Shown here piece by piece: positions 1 through 14,390 of a DNA stretch of 64,000 nt. Source of the DNA: Amoeboaphelidium protococcarum X5 (taxonomy: Eukaryota; Fungi; Aphelidiomycota); contig JALDTO010000025.1 in the NCBI GenBank assembly GCA_023515725.1, forward strand, positions 16,539-80,538, read 5' to 3'. The first letter of the stretch is position 1. Each line of letters opens with the position of its first letter. The notes under the pieces were generated by a model. That model was not told the origin of the DNA. It searched no databases and saw only the letters and a program-made list of their open reading frames with translations. A program made the translations under genes and the position numbers.

Positions 1-359
1 ATTATGAAATCCCCATTTGGATATTGTTTCATACAAGCCAGTAGGGCAACCCATAATACACGCTCACCACCACCTCCAGCATTGCAATAAGGATGAAAGA
101 AGCCAATTTTCATAGATCTTGGCGTTGTTTAAACTGCGTTGCCATCTTTGATATTCTTTTTGTACTTTTAGGTGGAGCCTTTAACAGGCTGATATTTATT
201 ATCACTGCTATTAGAGAGGCTAATATTTCTTCTACCAGCAGAAGTTGAACTAATCTACTTGGAACTCTAGACGGGGATGATCAGATTAGAGGCAGACTTT
301 ATTGTAATTGACACTATAGTTATAGTGAGCACATACAGAAAATATATAAAATCCAGCAT
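1..359 (-). CDS. ALG11: Alpha-1,2-mannosyltransferase Alg11 (5' part; runs off the window start)
   Basis: Motif [21 protein letters not shown] at 113-51. ATG at 359, intron 255-336 (GTATGT...AAGTAG; alternative acceptor at 267) gives a hydrophobic N-terminal anchor [14 protein letters not shown]. Confidence 0.9.
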
Positions 360-672
360 TCTTAATCCACAGCCAGACAATCTATTGTCTGTCTACCACC
401 TAATAGAGCTTTTACAGAGCAGAGCCGGGGGAATGTATGGAGAGAGAGATACCGTGCTGTTTGCAAGAAGGAGAAACATCTGCTGCTGTCAAAGCAAAGC
501 GAACGAGAACGGTTCAACGCGTGAAAGAACCAACAAAGTGATGTACATTGTTCAACTGACCTATGGTGATAGCCAGTCAGGATTTATACCAAATTTTTAT
601 TTTTAAAGTGACAAAGGTTGAAGAAGAGATTATAATGAAATGCTTTATTTAATAGTTATGTATTAGAGTATT

Positions 673-3600
673 TCATTGATAAGTGCCACGCTTCCTTAAC
701 GTATTTTCTCTCTTGCAAATCTAACACGGAACCCCATAGTCTAGATTAAAGTCATGACCCAAGGCATTGATACGTTCATCGTCACCCACTTGCGATAAAT
801 GATAACGGATTGCATCCAGTGATCTCAATGCAGATCTGGCAGCCACGACTCTGCAAGATTTATAATTCGGTCCTTGAGAGATGCCAAGTAGAAGACCATG
901 CAAATACACTCCCACAGTCAGACACGTAAAGTAGGACTCTGTGACGTGCTGATCAGCAAATTCTAATGACATTAGATCGCGGCTGAACTCGGTCTCCTTC
1001 CCTGGACGGTTTCCATTCTATTGCTTCGATGAGGATGCGCCATCATTCATAGTCTACTTCATAATCTACTAATCAAGAGCATTAATTGAGCGCATAAAAG
1101 GAAACTGCTTGATAACTAGAGCAGAGCATTGACGGCTATCAATCAGCTGATTCAACTTCTTCAGTGGATGCATTCTAACATACATCGCCTCATGACTATG
1201 CTCCAGTACCCATTTCTTTAAAGACATTAGTTAATCAATCTGTACAACCTGTGGCTCCAATGCGGTACTCTAAATCTCTTCATCTTAATGCTCATTATCT
1301 TCACTTTCCGTCTACTTATCGTGGACTGGAAGAGCAGTCTTATCAGCCCCCAATACTTCTTCTGGTAGAACAGTCTCATCAGAGTGAGTAGCATCCGGCC
1401 TGTGACCATCATTGATACCAATAATGTTATCGATAACTTTAGCCACCGCGTCATAATCGAATCCGCAGTCAATAAACACCGCGCCAATGACAGCTTCCAA
1501 TACATCACTGACACCTTTAGGTATCGTATGGGGATCTTTGGGCCATTTATTAGAGACCAACTGACAAGCCAACTCCATAGATATTAGTTAGCGATTCTCA
1601 TCAGAATTCTACAACGTAACTGCCTGCATACTTTATGCAAGCAAATCTACCGACTACTCCTTCTCAACTGCAGTGGTAGTGATAATCTCATCAGTGATCC
1701 CTTCCTCACCCACCTAATGCTTTTGCTCATCCTCCTGTTCATCTTCTTGATCGTCATCGACAAAGCCATCGTCCAGGGAATCAGGAACAATATCCTCTGA
1801 TGACTATTATTCCAAATGACTGTTACTATTATGAATAGGCATATCCACAACAAGGAGAGATTGAGTCTACTTATCAGTCACACTCAACTCAGACTTGGCA
1901 TCAAAAGCATTTACCCACCACCACCATGGCAATTGGTCAATGTGACTAGTCTCCTCAACCCACTACGCACGGTCCATCGCCAATACTTCATTCACGTACC
2001 GCGTAGATGACGAGAGTTGAGCGAACAGTGGCTCAGAAAAGTGGATAATATTTTTGCTCAATTACCGCGCTATACACACAAATCCCAGTGTCTCATTGTT
2101 AACCACCAACATTTTGACATCAGTCAGTCGGCCAGGATCTAGTGGGATACCACGCTTCTCCAACTTGGATCTAATAGACGGCGGAATCAGTGCAAGAGGA
2201 GGTATGAACTTGGGAAACTCTTTGCCATACTACTCTCTATCTCGACATAGCCAGAATAGTTCAGATGCAACAACAAGATCCAGAATGGCATCACCTAAAA
2301 ATTCGAGCCGCTAATAATTAGGCAATCCTTCAATCTAGGACGATGGATGGTTCAAAGATTCATCCAATAGTCTGAGATTACCAAACTATCGTCCAATAAC
2401 ATTTTCAATGGTCACTGGAATAGTTCTAGGCTGGTAGTCTTTATCTTTGTACTGATCAATCAAAAGTTCTTTATACAGAGGCCATCGAGGCTGGAGCATC
2501 TCAAATCCAAGTTTAATCATCATCTGCATAGCCATTGAAACACCTCCATGAACATATGCTGCACCTAATAAACTCTCCACGACATCAGACACTGTGGCAT
2601 CGGATATACAGTTGGCCTCTACCACTTTATGTCTATGATGCTTGTTAAAACCCGTGATGGATACAACTTTCGCCACCGCATCACTCTGCATAGGAAGTCT
2701 ATAAGACTTTGGTGACACTGGGCTAATCCAGATATACTGCGGCAATGATAAAGCTTTAGCCTTCTTATACAGAGCCTTATTAGAGACGATCAGATGCCTA
2801 GCATAGGACAACTTACCTTCATCTTTATCCAGATGCTTGCAGAATAGATCTAGACTCACTGCAATCTTCAAAAACGCGTCACCAATAGTTTCCAGGCATT
2901 CATACGAGTATCCCAAATTAGTGGCCGGAGCAGTGAGAGCTTCCAGTAGCAAATGTATTGGGATCTCTTGCAAATTAAAATCTTGCTGGAAATTCAAAGC
3001 CAGACTTATAGACTCTATACGCGCAATAATGGATGGAAACATTGAGGCAGACCTGAACAGAGGCGCCGGTATTGGACAGAATATGAAGAATTGCGGAATT
3101 CTATGCTGCGGCAACTTGGACTTATCTTTCACATTCAGATTCTCGGGATCAATGACAGGCACAAGATAATTTCTCATCAATGGCGCTCTGTAGACTTTGC
3201 ATAAAGGCTAATCTTCGCGGATGTGGGGCAATCGTCTTCTGGTGTATGGAATTCTCTTATGAGTCTTCTTGTACCAATCCAGATATGTATTGCCGTAATC
3301 ACCGTCAGCTTTCAAAATAACGCCTTTATCTAACAAGTCCTCTTTCATGATACTAGACAGTGGATTCAAGTCATACAAAATCTTATCAATCACCACACGC
3401 TTTTGATAGTCCATCAGATCTGTCGCCACCCATTCCTCAGACATTAATGCAGTATCACCTTCAGCACTGTCAGTGTTCTCTTACTTTTTGATATAGTCCA
3501 AGACACTGATAAAGTCTGGCCGTCCACAAGACTTGAAGGCAGACTCGTAAGAGAACACCTTGTCAATATACGCCCAATCAACTAATTCTGATTATTACTC

Positions 3601-6213
3601 AATCGGCGCCCATAAATATCTATAAGATTCATCCCACTGCTCAAAATCAGTCTTGTCCCAAATATAATTCGGTTCATTACCACTGGTGTCCATTTCATCA
3701 CGATGCGATAGGAACACGTATCTCATGATGAAACTATTGAATCTCTGCAACCGCTTCACCTCCGACAACTTCAACCTCACAGCCACACTTTAGTTCATAC
3801 TCAATTCCCCCGGCTCGTCCAATACTCCATGAGACTGCGAGTATATAGGAAATGTAAATACTTCAGGCATCTGTTCCCTGGTGATTAAAGCAATTGGTAG
3901 ATGGCCACTAAATTCTGATGACCAAGTGAAACGACTACAAAATAAGTCCAGTTCTACATCATCCTCCTCAACTACTGCCGGCTGATCGAGAGATATCTTA
4001 TCTTTATCAACATTTTCTGCACTATGGAACCATTTCTAGTCCGTCCAAGGCAGCTTTAGAGTCCACTCGATATCTCTCTTAATTCCCATTTCTCCTGGAA
4101 GCAGATCCTGATCCATCTGCATACCATCCAGCAAATGATGAAAGTCATATCGGTCCTACTTGTAATTGTCAATCTCAAATCGGAATGGTAGCAAATGATC
4201 ATCCAATGCCCCAACCTGATACAATTTCTTGACAGCCTCCAGAGCCGCTGACCGCTTCGCCAATGTCTTCGAAGGCATAAGATTGCCTTTCATAGTCTTA
4301 AATGGAGCTCCAGGAGGTAGAATAGCTTCCATCTGATAGATCACTTGATCAGATACTCCCACAAACTGAAACTCGGCTTTTCTTATTATATTGTCGGTAT
4401 GTGACAGAGTAGCGCAATAGTAATGCAGTGTAGTCACACTTGAGTTATAAGATACACACGCACCAGAAGATTCCACGGTGAACACTTCATTAGATGAAGC
4501 ATCGATCCAACGAGCATTTTCATTGTCTCCGTCTACGTCATCGTCATCGTCATCACCATCATCGCCCTATTCACCGTCACCGTCGCCATAAGTATCAAGT
4601 AGTTACCACTAGGAGAAATCCTTCTCCGCCATTTTGATCCTATTCATCACAGTCCTATGCTCCATATTACCATCTTCAATAAAAATAAGAAACTGAGAAT
4701 CCTTGTGCCTAGCACGACCTCTTGACTAAATGTACGCAGACAGTGTATGGCACAGATCAAATCTGATAACGCAGGAGCATGGCTGCACATCAAGGCCTTC
4801 TTCAGCGACAGACGTAGATATCAAAACGTTACTCTCACCCTGCGCGAAATCTTTAACAACCTGGTTCTGCATCTTTGACTTCATCTTATCATCCATCAAT
4901 TTCTAAGTCTTACTACCATGACCGACTAGAACCTTGGGGCGAACAATATCCTTCAAATCGGGGCACTGCACCAGAATCTCTTAAAGAGCATATGCACATA
5001 GTCTCTTCTGAGCAAATATGATACAACAAAAGTTTTAAAAGGAAGGAGCCAATTTTTTCAATACTTTAATCAACCGAAGTACCTTTGGACTCAAAAGCTT
5101 TGGATCGTATTCCGGAGCGGCAAACTAGCTCAGAGACACGGATAAATGTTTAAGGTAGGTGATTGCAGATTGACGATCAGCTGTGGGATCCAAGTCTAAC
5201 AATTATAGATTAGACTGTGAAAACTGGCGCAATTTAGCATATAATAACTACTCAGCAGCCCATGGACCAAGTTCAGATACTAAAACTTCCAACTTGGACT
5301 TCAGTTATAATAGCGGACTATTCACCTCACTACCCAGCATGATCAACTTTTACAATCTCGGACCTGGTACTACGAAATCTATCGGAGTTGCAGGATAGAA
5401 CACCAGCTTCTCCACAGGTTTGGGCGCTGCTTCCAGTAACTGCGGATCTTCAGTACGAGATACAGTAAATGCTTGACAATCCAAATTCTTCTCCAATTGC
5501 CACACAGACTAATTCACATCCTCCTTACGATTTACAGGCGATGCTGTCATACCAAAGATCCTAGGTCGGTACTCGCGGTCAATCTTGTAATAGAAATCTG
5601 ACATGATCACATTGTATGGATGCCTCTTACGTGCGTGATGACATTCATCAAAGATCAATAGAGCAATCTGATCCATCTTGATAAAGCCGTGCACCAGCAG
5701 ATCAAGGAGAATCTACGCGGTCAACACCAGAACATCCAACTTGTCAAATATCAACTTCCACTGATTCTCTCCCCACAAATCAACATTCATCTCACCGCAG
5801 TAATGTCCGACGCGTAGAGACGTCTGAGATCGCAGCACGGAACTCTATTGGAAGACCAGCGGGACACTATTCACCAGGAAGAAGATTAGCTTCTTGCGCG
5901 GCGAGTCTGATTATCCCGCCACCATCAATTGACTATCATTCTTCATGCCCTTATACGCTTAATATACTTGATTAGAAATATACTTGATCAACATGACAGC
6001 TATGAAAGTCTTGCCACTGCCAGTATCAAGTACAGCGAACACGTTCTACTTCTTGGCGAGTTCAAAGCATTGTAATTGATACTTGCGAGGCTTGAAATTC
6101 ACCGGCAGATCCAAGTCAAAGCTTCCCATGGCAATATCGACATTCGGAATCTCAGTCGCTGCCTGTGCCTCTTCAATCACCTCCATACCATCATTATCAA
6201 TCTCGTCAGTCAT
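673..6213 (-). CDS. DCL: Dicer-like ribonuclease (about 1846 aa, intronless)
   Basis: All Dicer fragments of the ORF track share one frame joined by TAR codons. [24 protein letters not shown], a dimerisation-like domain, RNase IIIa [11 protein letters not shown], RNase IIIb [11 protein letters not shown]...[10 protein letters not shown] and a C-terminal dsRBD. TGA at 673-675. Confidence 0.93.
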
Positions 6214-6418
6214 TGCGATATATTTGTCCAATATACTTGTCGTTTGCTGATCGGTAACGCGCGATTGAACAAGTTTTGATGAGAGCGAACAATGCGAGAA
6301 GAAACAACGAAGGGGTCGTGATAAGAGGAACCACAATGACTCAATAAGTTACAGGTGAAAGTTTTATACAGGCTTAATATAATTAAAAGCTTCAACAAGA
6401 GTAAGCGTAATATTAATC

Positions 6419-7492
6419 TCATTTGATATCCTTATCATTCTACTGTGAACTCTTCTGAAACGACTTGATCTCTTCTATAAGGGCAACCTCCTCTTTCTCC
6501 AGACGTTACAATTTCTTGTAATCTTCATCAGATACAATGAGCGGATTAAGATACCATACAAAATCAGGGAGCTCTCCAAACTTGGTCATGAATCTTTGCA
6601 TGAAATCTTTTGGATTGCGCCTAAAATCTTGAAATGTCAATGGAAGTACTTGGTCCTTCTCTGGCACTTGACCGACTGGTAAAATAGCTTAGATCTTATC
6701 AGGCTAATGTTCATACAGATACCGCAGATTCTTCTCAGCTACTCTCTGTACGCGATAATCTTCCAACTTGTAGTAGAGATAATGTCCAACTCCGAAGATC
6801 AAGGACCAAACCACTGCTCCACGAACTCCCATATTATGAGCGTACGCAGCGGATACATCTTTAGCCCGTGCCCATTATCTCCCTTGAACTAAGTTAGTCA
6901 AATAACCACTCACTCCACCAGCTAGAAAAGATCCACAAATATCCCAGTCCCGTTGTGTCATATCGCTCAGGAACTCTGGCATATCCAACCCAGGACCTCC
7001 ACCTTCCACAAATATACTGGACCATTGGAGCATAGAACTTCTAGGGATAGTATTACCATTTTCATCCACAGGTCCGGCATTGCTCCTGGAGAGATTATCA
7101 AGACGCGTCACTACGCGTTAAATACCACTAGGCAATAAGTACTTGAATCCCATAAACTGACCGCTGATCAAGCCAATATTGACTGCAGTCTGCACTCCGA
7201 GTCGCATAGGATGTGGGTATTTAGTTAGCGCACCATATGTTAGACCAATTGTCAAACCAGCAATAGCACCGGGTACAATTCCATCTGCCAGAGTCTGAAG
7301 TGATTGTGTTAATCTAGATGTAATAGAATCGCGCTACTTTGTTAACATTTAATCTTGAGCCATGCTGAGATCAGCCAATTACTAATCCCCTTGCTACTAC
7401 TACAATTTTAAATTCTCTTGCTGTACTTTCTGCGCCTTTGCCATCCCTCTGGCAATATGGAACTGCCCATCAATATCTAGATTTGCAGGCAT
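6419..7492 (-). CDS. Membrane protein, possibly Tim17/Tim22-like family
   Basis: Open frame with TAR=Gln. Gly-rich hydrophobic helices (GIVPGAIAGLTIGLTYG; GSFLAGGVSG; GAVVWSLIFGVG). Start could be 7492, 7444 or 7363. Confidence 0.5.
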
Positions 7493-7635
7493 CTTTTTAA
7501 GAAGGGTAATCTATTTGGTTTAAACTGATCGAGTTTAATTTATTGCTGCGAAAGATCTAAAGAGATGTAAAAATACGCGAAATATTAAACTGCTTAATAA
7601 AATGTAGTAGAAAACAAAAAACGATTTATAGGAGA

Positions 7636-8533
7636 TCAAAGTTGCAACATTTTGCTTGGTGTAGTGTCCTTTTCAGAATATTTTGGCAACAACTCTTTGT
7701 TGTCTTATTAGTCATCTTCTTCACCTTCACTATCTTCTTCCCAACCGGAGATGAACCAGATACAATCAACAAATAGAGACACAAACAGCCATAGAATCAA
7801 TGCGGACAATGCTACAAGCAAACACGAACCCAGATCGAATTCATAGTACTCAATCTCTGCTTGAAAATACGTAAACTCCTAATCGATGCTTGCTTTCCTA
7901 CTAGCATCAACACCATTAATAACTACCTTTGACTCAGCGGAGTCATAGTCATTCAATAGATCCCACTACTGCGCACCTTTAGCATCATGAAACAGATTCG
8001 CGAATAAATCAAAGCCACTCGTAATTTAATTATCATCATCAACTGAAACTGTTTCTTCGTTGATGACAGAGACGCCGTCAGTGGCTGAAATTGACTCGGT
8101 CGTTTCAGAGCTTAGAATGGATTAGGCAATTTTGAGTTCATGTTTAACTTCCACCAACTGGCAAGTACCATCCTTGGATCCATCATTAGCGAATTTAGAG
8201 CAGAAGGAAGAATCCATAGTGTCGCGCACTTCTGCATTGTCAACAGCCTCTAAACACTTTTCGTAAATGTCTGCATTGTTAAAGAGATAACAAATGTTTC
8301 TGAATACTTCAACATCAGAAGAGGTTTCCATTCGATAGAGAAAGTACTAGCATGTCAGACAATCTTGACTAGTCTCAAGATTAGATTTTGCTTTTTAGTT
8401 GACTTGTGCTACATTTAATATAAGAATGCGATTAATATAACAATGATAATCTTTACACAATTTATGAAAATTTACTTGGAATAGCTGAGACGCAAGTGAT
8501 CAGCGCCACAACTTGAATCAGAAATTGCATCAT
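7636..8533 (-). CDS. Type I membrane protein with saposin-like six-Cys domain (276 aa)
   Basis: Signal peptide MMQFLIQVVALITCVSA; intron 8409-8475; CLTC...IC...KC...FC...TC pattern; C-terminal TM helix and acidic tail. Confidence 0.65.
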
Positions 8534-8800
8534 TCTAATGTATAAGTATCAGCTTAATCAATAAATCGAATATAAAGTGAGTATTGTACTAATAATATGA
8601 CAAGTCACACAATCCAGTTTCATGTTCGCACGCTTACACACATGTGATGCCTCCGGTCTCTATCGCGACGAGATTATGGTTGCCAAGGCGATTGTTTCAA
8701 TGTGGTTCGCTACCAATACAAGTTGATAATATTGAGATAAAAAAGGTGGACCGCTGTTACACGTAAATAATTTATATTCACACTTTGTCAACATACTCAC

Positions 8801-11311
8801 TCAATCGTCTTCTTCATCACTAAAGCATAAAACGCGTTTTCCCTTTACCAAATTCTACTGAGGACTTTCAGACCGTTACTCTTGCTAATCCACAGTGTCT
8901 ACTAACTAAGATGAGACATTAGAGTTGTCAACACGGGCGTCAGTTACTCTCTCGGTCGCGTCATCACCTTCAGAATTCTAAGAATTATCTAATGGAGACG
9001 CATCGATATCGTCAGATGAAACACCAACATCAGAAACTGAATCCTCTTCGCCAGAGAACTAGTCATCTCCAGTTATAATTTCAGTCTCTTTAACAGCTTT
9101 ACTTTGGACTTTCTTTATCTTTTCAGCAGGTTCATGATAGATACCATTCTAAATACGGTCAATATCGCGCTAGATCTTTGGATAAAACAACTCAATAAAT
9201 AGTAGAGGATAATCCTTGATCTTGCCCAGAAAAACACTGGTGAAGTAACGAATCAATTCCACCAACTCTTTGTATTCAGTCTTTACACGCATCAAGTCGT
9301 TTCGATCTTTCATGATTGATTCAAAAACCATAACCACATCTATTCTAAACAATAGAGGATGCAACTATCTTTTATAAAATATTCTATGCAGCATTGAAAC
9401 AATATAATGAATATAAGTTCCGGAGAGGGAGTGATGACTTTTCAGTAACTGGACGTAGCTATTCACGGTGTGTTCATGACAATATTCCGATTCAAACTAT
9501 GCAAACTCAAAAGGAAGCTCTCTGATAGATGGCTTATTGCTCTTGGCGACATCAGAGGCACTAGCATCATCGTCCTGCTTTCGACGTTTAATCTTCTTAA
9601 CGATAACTAGATCTTGATCCTACGAAAACTTTTCAACAGACTTGACCAATAGGTGATTCGCCCTCACTGCAGATTTCAAAAACTCAATTTCCTGCCACTG
9701 AGGCTTAGTTACACAGCCAGTGACCTCTTTGAGATGATCAATCCTAGTGAATAGATTAGACAGTACAGACTCTGCAACCTTGATGTCATCATCATTATCA
9801 GAGTACATCATCAAATCGACAACATTCATAATTTAATAAAACGTATCTAAACAACAGCAAGCCATGTCTAATTTCTTTCCATCGACGTATCTATTCAATA
9901 GCTTAATAACAAGCAAAATGGTCGGAACATCCAATACATCGGCAACACAATTGAACGTAATTTTCTCACTGTGAGGAATTTACAACAGCATCGACAGATA
10001 TTCAATGGTGAATGACATTACTTGAAAAAACTTTTGCCTGTCAGAGTCTTGAATATCATCTCGCTCACGAATTATGGACTTTTTTAGGAACTCTGACAGA
10101 ATATTGAATGGACCAGTGAGAAATCCTTCCATGAACACGTTTAAAGACACGCGAACTTCAGCAGTACAATGAGTCCATTTCTCTTCTTAATTCGCCACAC
10201 TTGTTACAGCAGACTTCTTCTTTCTGCTCTGTCTATTCCCTTTCTTATTCTTATCGAGTAGATTTTACAAATTAGTGAGATCAGGCTTATCGACTAGATG
10301 ACGCGATTAGTTCAAGGTCACCACAAAGTTACCTTTAAAGTTAGGAGGACGCCCACCAAGAGTTTATGGCTTTTGAGAATTGGCGAGGGTAACTTTGCTG
10401 CCATTATTATTATTATTATTATTATTAGAAGCATTTAGGAATTCATTGAAAACACTAGTCTTAGCATCTGGATCAACGATCAAATCTGACAATCTCCAAC
10501 TGGGCAGGTATAGCAAAGACCAAACCAAATCCAATAGAAGAATATCTAAATACGAGCCCAACTTGGTATCTTCTAGAGAACCAATAAGGGTATTTAAAAT
10601 TAGCATGAAATGGTTCTAATCAAGAGCTTTTATGAATTTCTAATGCATTTTCTCAAAGCCAGTCTCCTCCTGAATGACCAACAGATTCCTGATTAATGTG
10701 AGAATCATTCGAACACCATCCAGACTAACTTGCTTAATTGTCCCTTCATTCATTAGTGAGATCTCATTATCGGCCTGAGAATCGGCAACACTATTAGAAC
10801 ATTCTTCAAGCAATGAAATTAGCCGATCGCTGAGTATAGCGAGGAGAGCATTGTCCGTGAAGAGAGATTTGTACTAGATCAAGTGCTGTTTCTACTCCAC
10901 AACGAACGCCAAACTCTTCGTGGCTGTTTCGCGTTGCGTTTGGCGACCGCCCACAGCAGCAAGTTCGTTCTACTCACCAGAAGAAGAGGATAAAACGGAT
11001 GATAGAGGCCAAGTGAGAGGCACCATGATTTCAATGCATAACTGCCGCAGATGAGGATGATCAATGAATATAGGAATCAGGTCGGTTTTAAAAAAATTCC
11101 ATTCACCCAATTTCCGCACCAGGAAGCCTTCTGCAGTCTTGTCATCCCAGCGTAGCAACTTTTTAATATCCTTCAAACACTCTTTACCCTCAGCGCCGAG
11201 GACATACTTCTGCACCCGCTTCATTGGATTCACTGGGTCCAGCATCACCTCATATCCACCCACCGCATTACACAGCCGACTCAAATGTTCTTCCAAATCG
11301 TACTCTTCCAT
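8801..11311 (-). CDS. TOF1: Timeless/Tof1/Swi1 replication fork protection protein (836 aa)
   Basis: YVLGAEGKECLKDIKKLLRWDD...LGEWNFFKTDLIPIF...EIMVPLTWP N-terminal signature; MLHRIF...LLFRIDV...PLLFIELFYPK. Single frame, TGA at 8801. Confidence 0.88.
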
Positions 11312-11513
11312 GATTTTTGAGCGTACACAGTAGTTATGAGAAGTGAGATATTCGATGGGGAACAACTGTATGAGATGAAGGTGCGTTTAAAGGGCGAGAG
11401 AAGATTCTGAAACAACGCATCTCGTTTTGAACGCGTCGCAGTTTAAAATGATAAATGGGGGAAGTATAAAAGAGAGTAGTAAACATTATGACACTCAGAA
11501 TTTGTATTATTAC

Positions 11514-12656
11514 TCATTGCTGACTATCCATAATTATCTCTTCAACGTTCTCGTCATCAGTGGAGTCTTTGACTGCACCGATCGAGGAGGAGCCATCTTT
11601 AATCTCTTCAATAAGAGGCTGTACAATTGAACCGCCTTATTACTTTCCACCACCAGCTGCTTGAGACGTTGAAGCCTTCTCCGGTGATGACTATTTACTC
11701 TTTTTGCCCTTCTTGCTCATCTTTTTTGACTACTTCTTGTACTTCTCGATATGCATCTTCTCATAGTTGATACCTGACCAGCCATAGAGAGGAATAAATG
11801 AATCAATGACACCAACATCTGCAAACAGATTAGGGAATATCCATAGTCCAGGCCGAGTCCAAGGTATAGCCAGCGATATTACATAGATTATAAATCGAAT
11901 GATCGCAATCACCAAGAGGGCCACTATGAATCCAACACCGGTCATAGACAAGTACCATACAGAGATACGCAAGGAATGTGGCCACAGAGGGAACATCACT
12001 AGAACCAAGACCAAGAGCAAAAAAAGACCACTCTTTACACTTTGCAAAGTCTTCACATGAGGTGGATCATACTGCCAAACATATAAACTAGAGCTATCCG
12101 CGGTGAATGTCTAATTCTAACTAATCTCCAACACCTTCATTCCATTGACTTTCTTATCTCGCACCTTCTCGGACTCTTCATCGCGCACAGTGGACACTCT
12201 GAAAATGAAGTTGTTCTCCATCAGAGATCGTACCACCTCTGCAGCTTCATCTTTACTACCATATACTCTGAGCACGGAATCGCTGTCATCAGTCTTTTTG
12301 TATCCACCACTGCCCTTTCGCTCCACAAACTAAGTATACTCTGGAGTCATCATGGCATTCACCGCCTTCTCTCCTTTAAAGTATTCAACTCTCAGACCGC
12401 TCAAAATACCTTCTCTCACCTTGAGAACTTTAGGTCCGCCATTGCCAAGACCGAATATGTAAGTTCCATTAAAGATATTAGTCAGGAATCCAGAAACTTG
12501 CTTCAGCACCTTGCCAAAGCTTCCAGTTTCCTGAGAGATGACAGCCTTGGTGGTGTAAGATCTTAAGAAAGTGGCCACCAATTACAAATCTTTAGATGAC
12601 GCAGACGGATCAATTTCAGTGCCATCCTCATGAGTACGTCTAATTAACAGCGACAT
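11514..12656 (-). CDS. SEC62: Translocation protein Sec62
   Basis: GLRVEYFKGEKAVNAM; two TMs with MFPLWP and VWYLSM; PGLWIFPNLFADVGVIDSFIPLYGW. Confidence 0.92.
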
Positions 12657-13136
12657 GTTTCTATAAAGTTCGTTCTATATCAAGCTGTTTTGTAAAAATC
12701 TTTACCGGTACTCGCTTACGGAATAAGGACGGACGAGAGCAAGAACTGCTTTAAAATGTTGGAGGAACGAGAGTAATATCCCCTCGCTTTTTAAATACGC
12801 TTAATTGTCTTCCTGAATTACAGTAGCAAAAAGATTTTACTTAATCGGTCTTGGTAAAGAATACTCAAAACAAAACGCATTTTAAATAGGTACTGTTGTC
12901 TCGCGGTAAAATCTACCAGAAGAGTGGTACTAAGTTCGAATGTGTTGGATGGATCATCAAGTCACTCGTTTACCTAGAAAGGCGATCATCTTGTGCAGGA
13001 TGGCTCAGCTTAGATGAGATTGCGCGTCTTTTAATTCAGCTGTGTGTAATTTTACTCTCCTCTGACTGTTTCAACGATCAACAACAGAAGATCAACTTAT
13101 GTAAAGCATTAATAAACTATCAAAACTAATTCAACT

Positions 13137-14066
13137 TCATTTCATTTTACCAGAGAGTATAACTTCATTGTTGAGTAAGTAATCAGCATCTAGTATGTAA
13201 AACTTGTGAATATGGACAGACACGATGCCAGTTACGAGGTGCCATAGTGAGTGCGCATCAAACACGAACCAGAGTGGAGGAAAGTCGAATACTTCCAACA
13301 ACATACCAAGCATTACAGTCACGATAAGAATCAACAGAAATCGCGCGTGAAAATGCTTCCACTTTAGTGATATCCAAACTATCCATATGAAATTATGAGC
13401 TAATCCAATTGATACGCCGGCAATCATGTTGTAAGTATAATCGAATCGCTCTCTATTGGTCAGATACAGAATATGACATGTGTAAAAGAGTACAGAAATA
13501 AATGCAGACATACCGGCAATCCTCTTCCATTGAGACCGCTTAAATTCAAAAGACATTCGGACAGTTGCGTAGAACATTCCATAAACAATGGACAACATTG
13601 CGGCAAAGTAATCCATCCTCTCGGTCCACGGCATATCTTTGTAATGGAATACAGACGACCATACCCAGGCATTCATCTGAGTGATAAACAGAATCATTAA
13701 GGGCATTTTCAACTTGAATTTTGATGATACTCGTCGCTGTACCTTCAAGAGCCCGCGACTCTGACCATACAAATTCAACAGACTGAACAGCACTGACGCT
13801 GGTTCTTAGAGTCCAAATATCCTTTTGAATGGCCATTTTCCGTAATACTGCTCAATGCTCTCTCCGCTTTTCATATTATGATTAACCATCTTAAACATGC
13901 AGTCGTATTTGCATTTATCTAAGCAGCTATACCGAAACAGAGATTCTACTTCATCAATGGGACAGGCGCAAGACTTCAAACATGCTTGATAGTTGATATC
14001 ACGGTCGCCGCTTGACCCTTGTATTCCATGTAGAAAGCAAGCCAAAGCGATAATAAGCGTAATCAT
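13137..14066 (-). CDS. PER1: GPI remodelling factor Per1/PGAP3
   Basis: SSGDR...C...QYYGKWPFKRIFGL(TAA=Q)EPAS; NAWVWSSVFH; TERMDYF; LEVFDFPP...DAHSLWH. Confidence 0.93.
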
Positions 14067-14390
14067 GAATTACCGGTCTCCATAATGTAGCAGCATCTTA
14101 TTTTCCTTATTTCAAACCCAAACGTCAAAGAATTGAATTGCGGGAAACTTTCATTCGCTCGCTCTGTTACTGGACTGAGGCTAAAACAGCATAGAGAGAC
14201 GACCGTAAACTACACGAAGAGAGCGCGCGTTCTATGTCGTTATGTTTTCAGGTCAAGGGGTGGAACTCATCGCCACAAAGAAGCAATTTTGTTTCAGACA
14301 AGATTTAAAATCACTCGTCTGCACTCTTTCGTTCCATCTGCGATTTCTCTTTCACCGCGAAACTGCATTAGGGATTGACATCTCTTAGCA

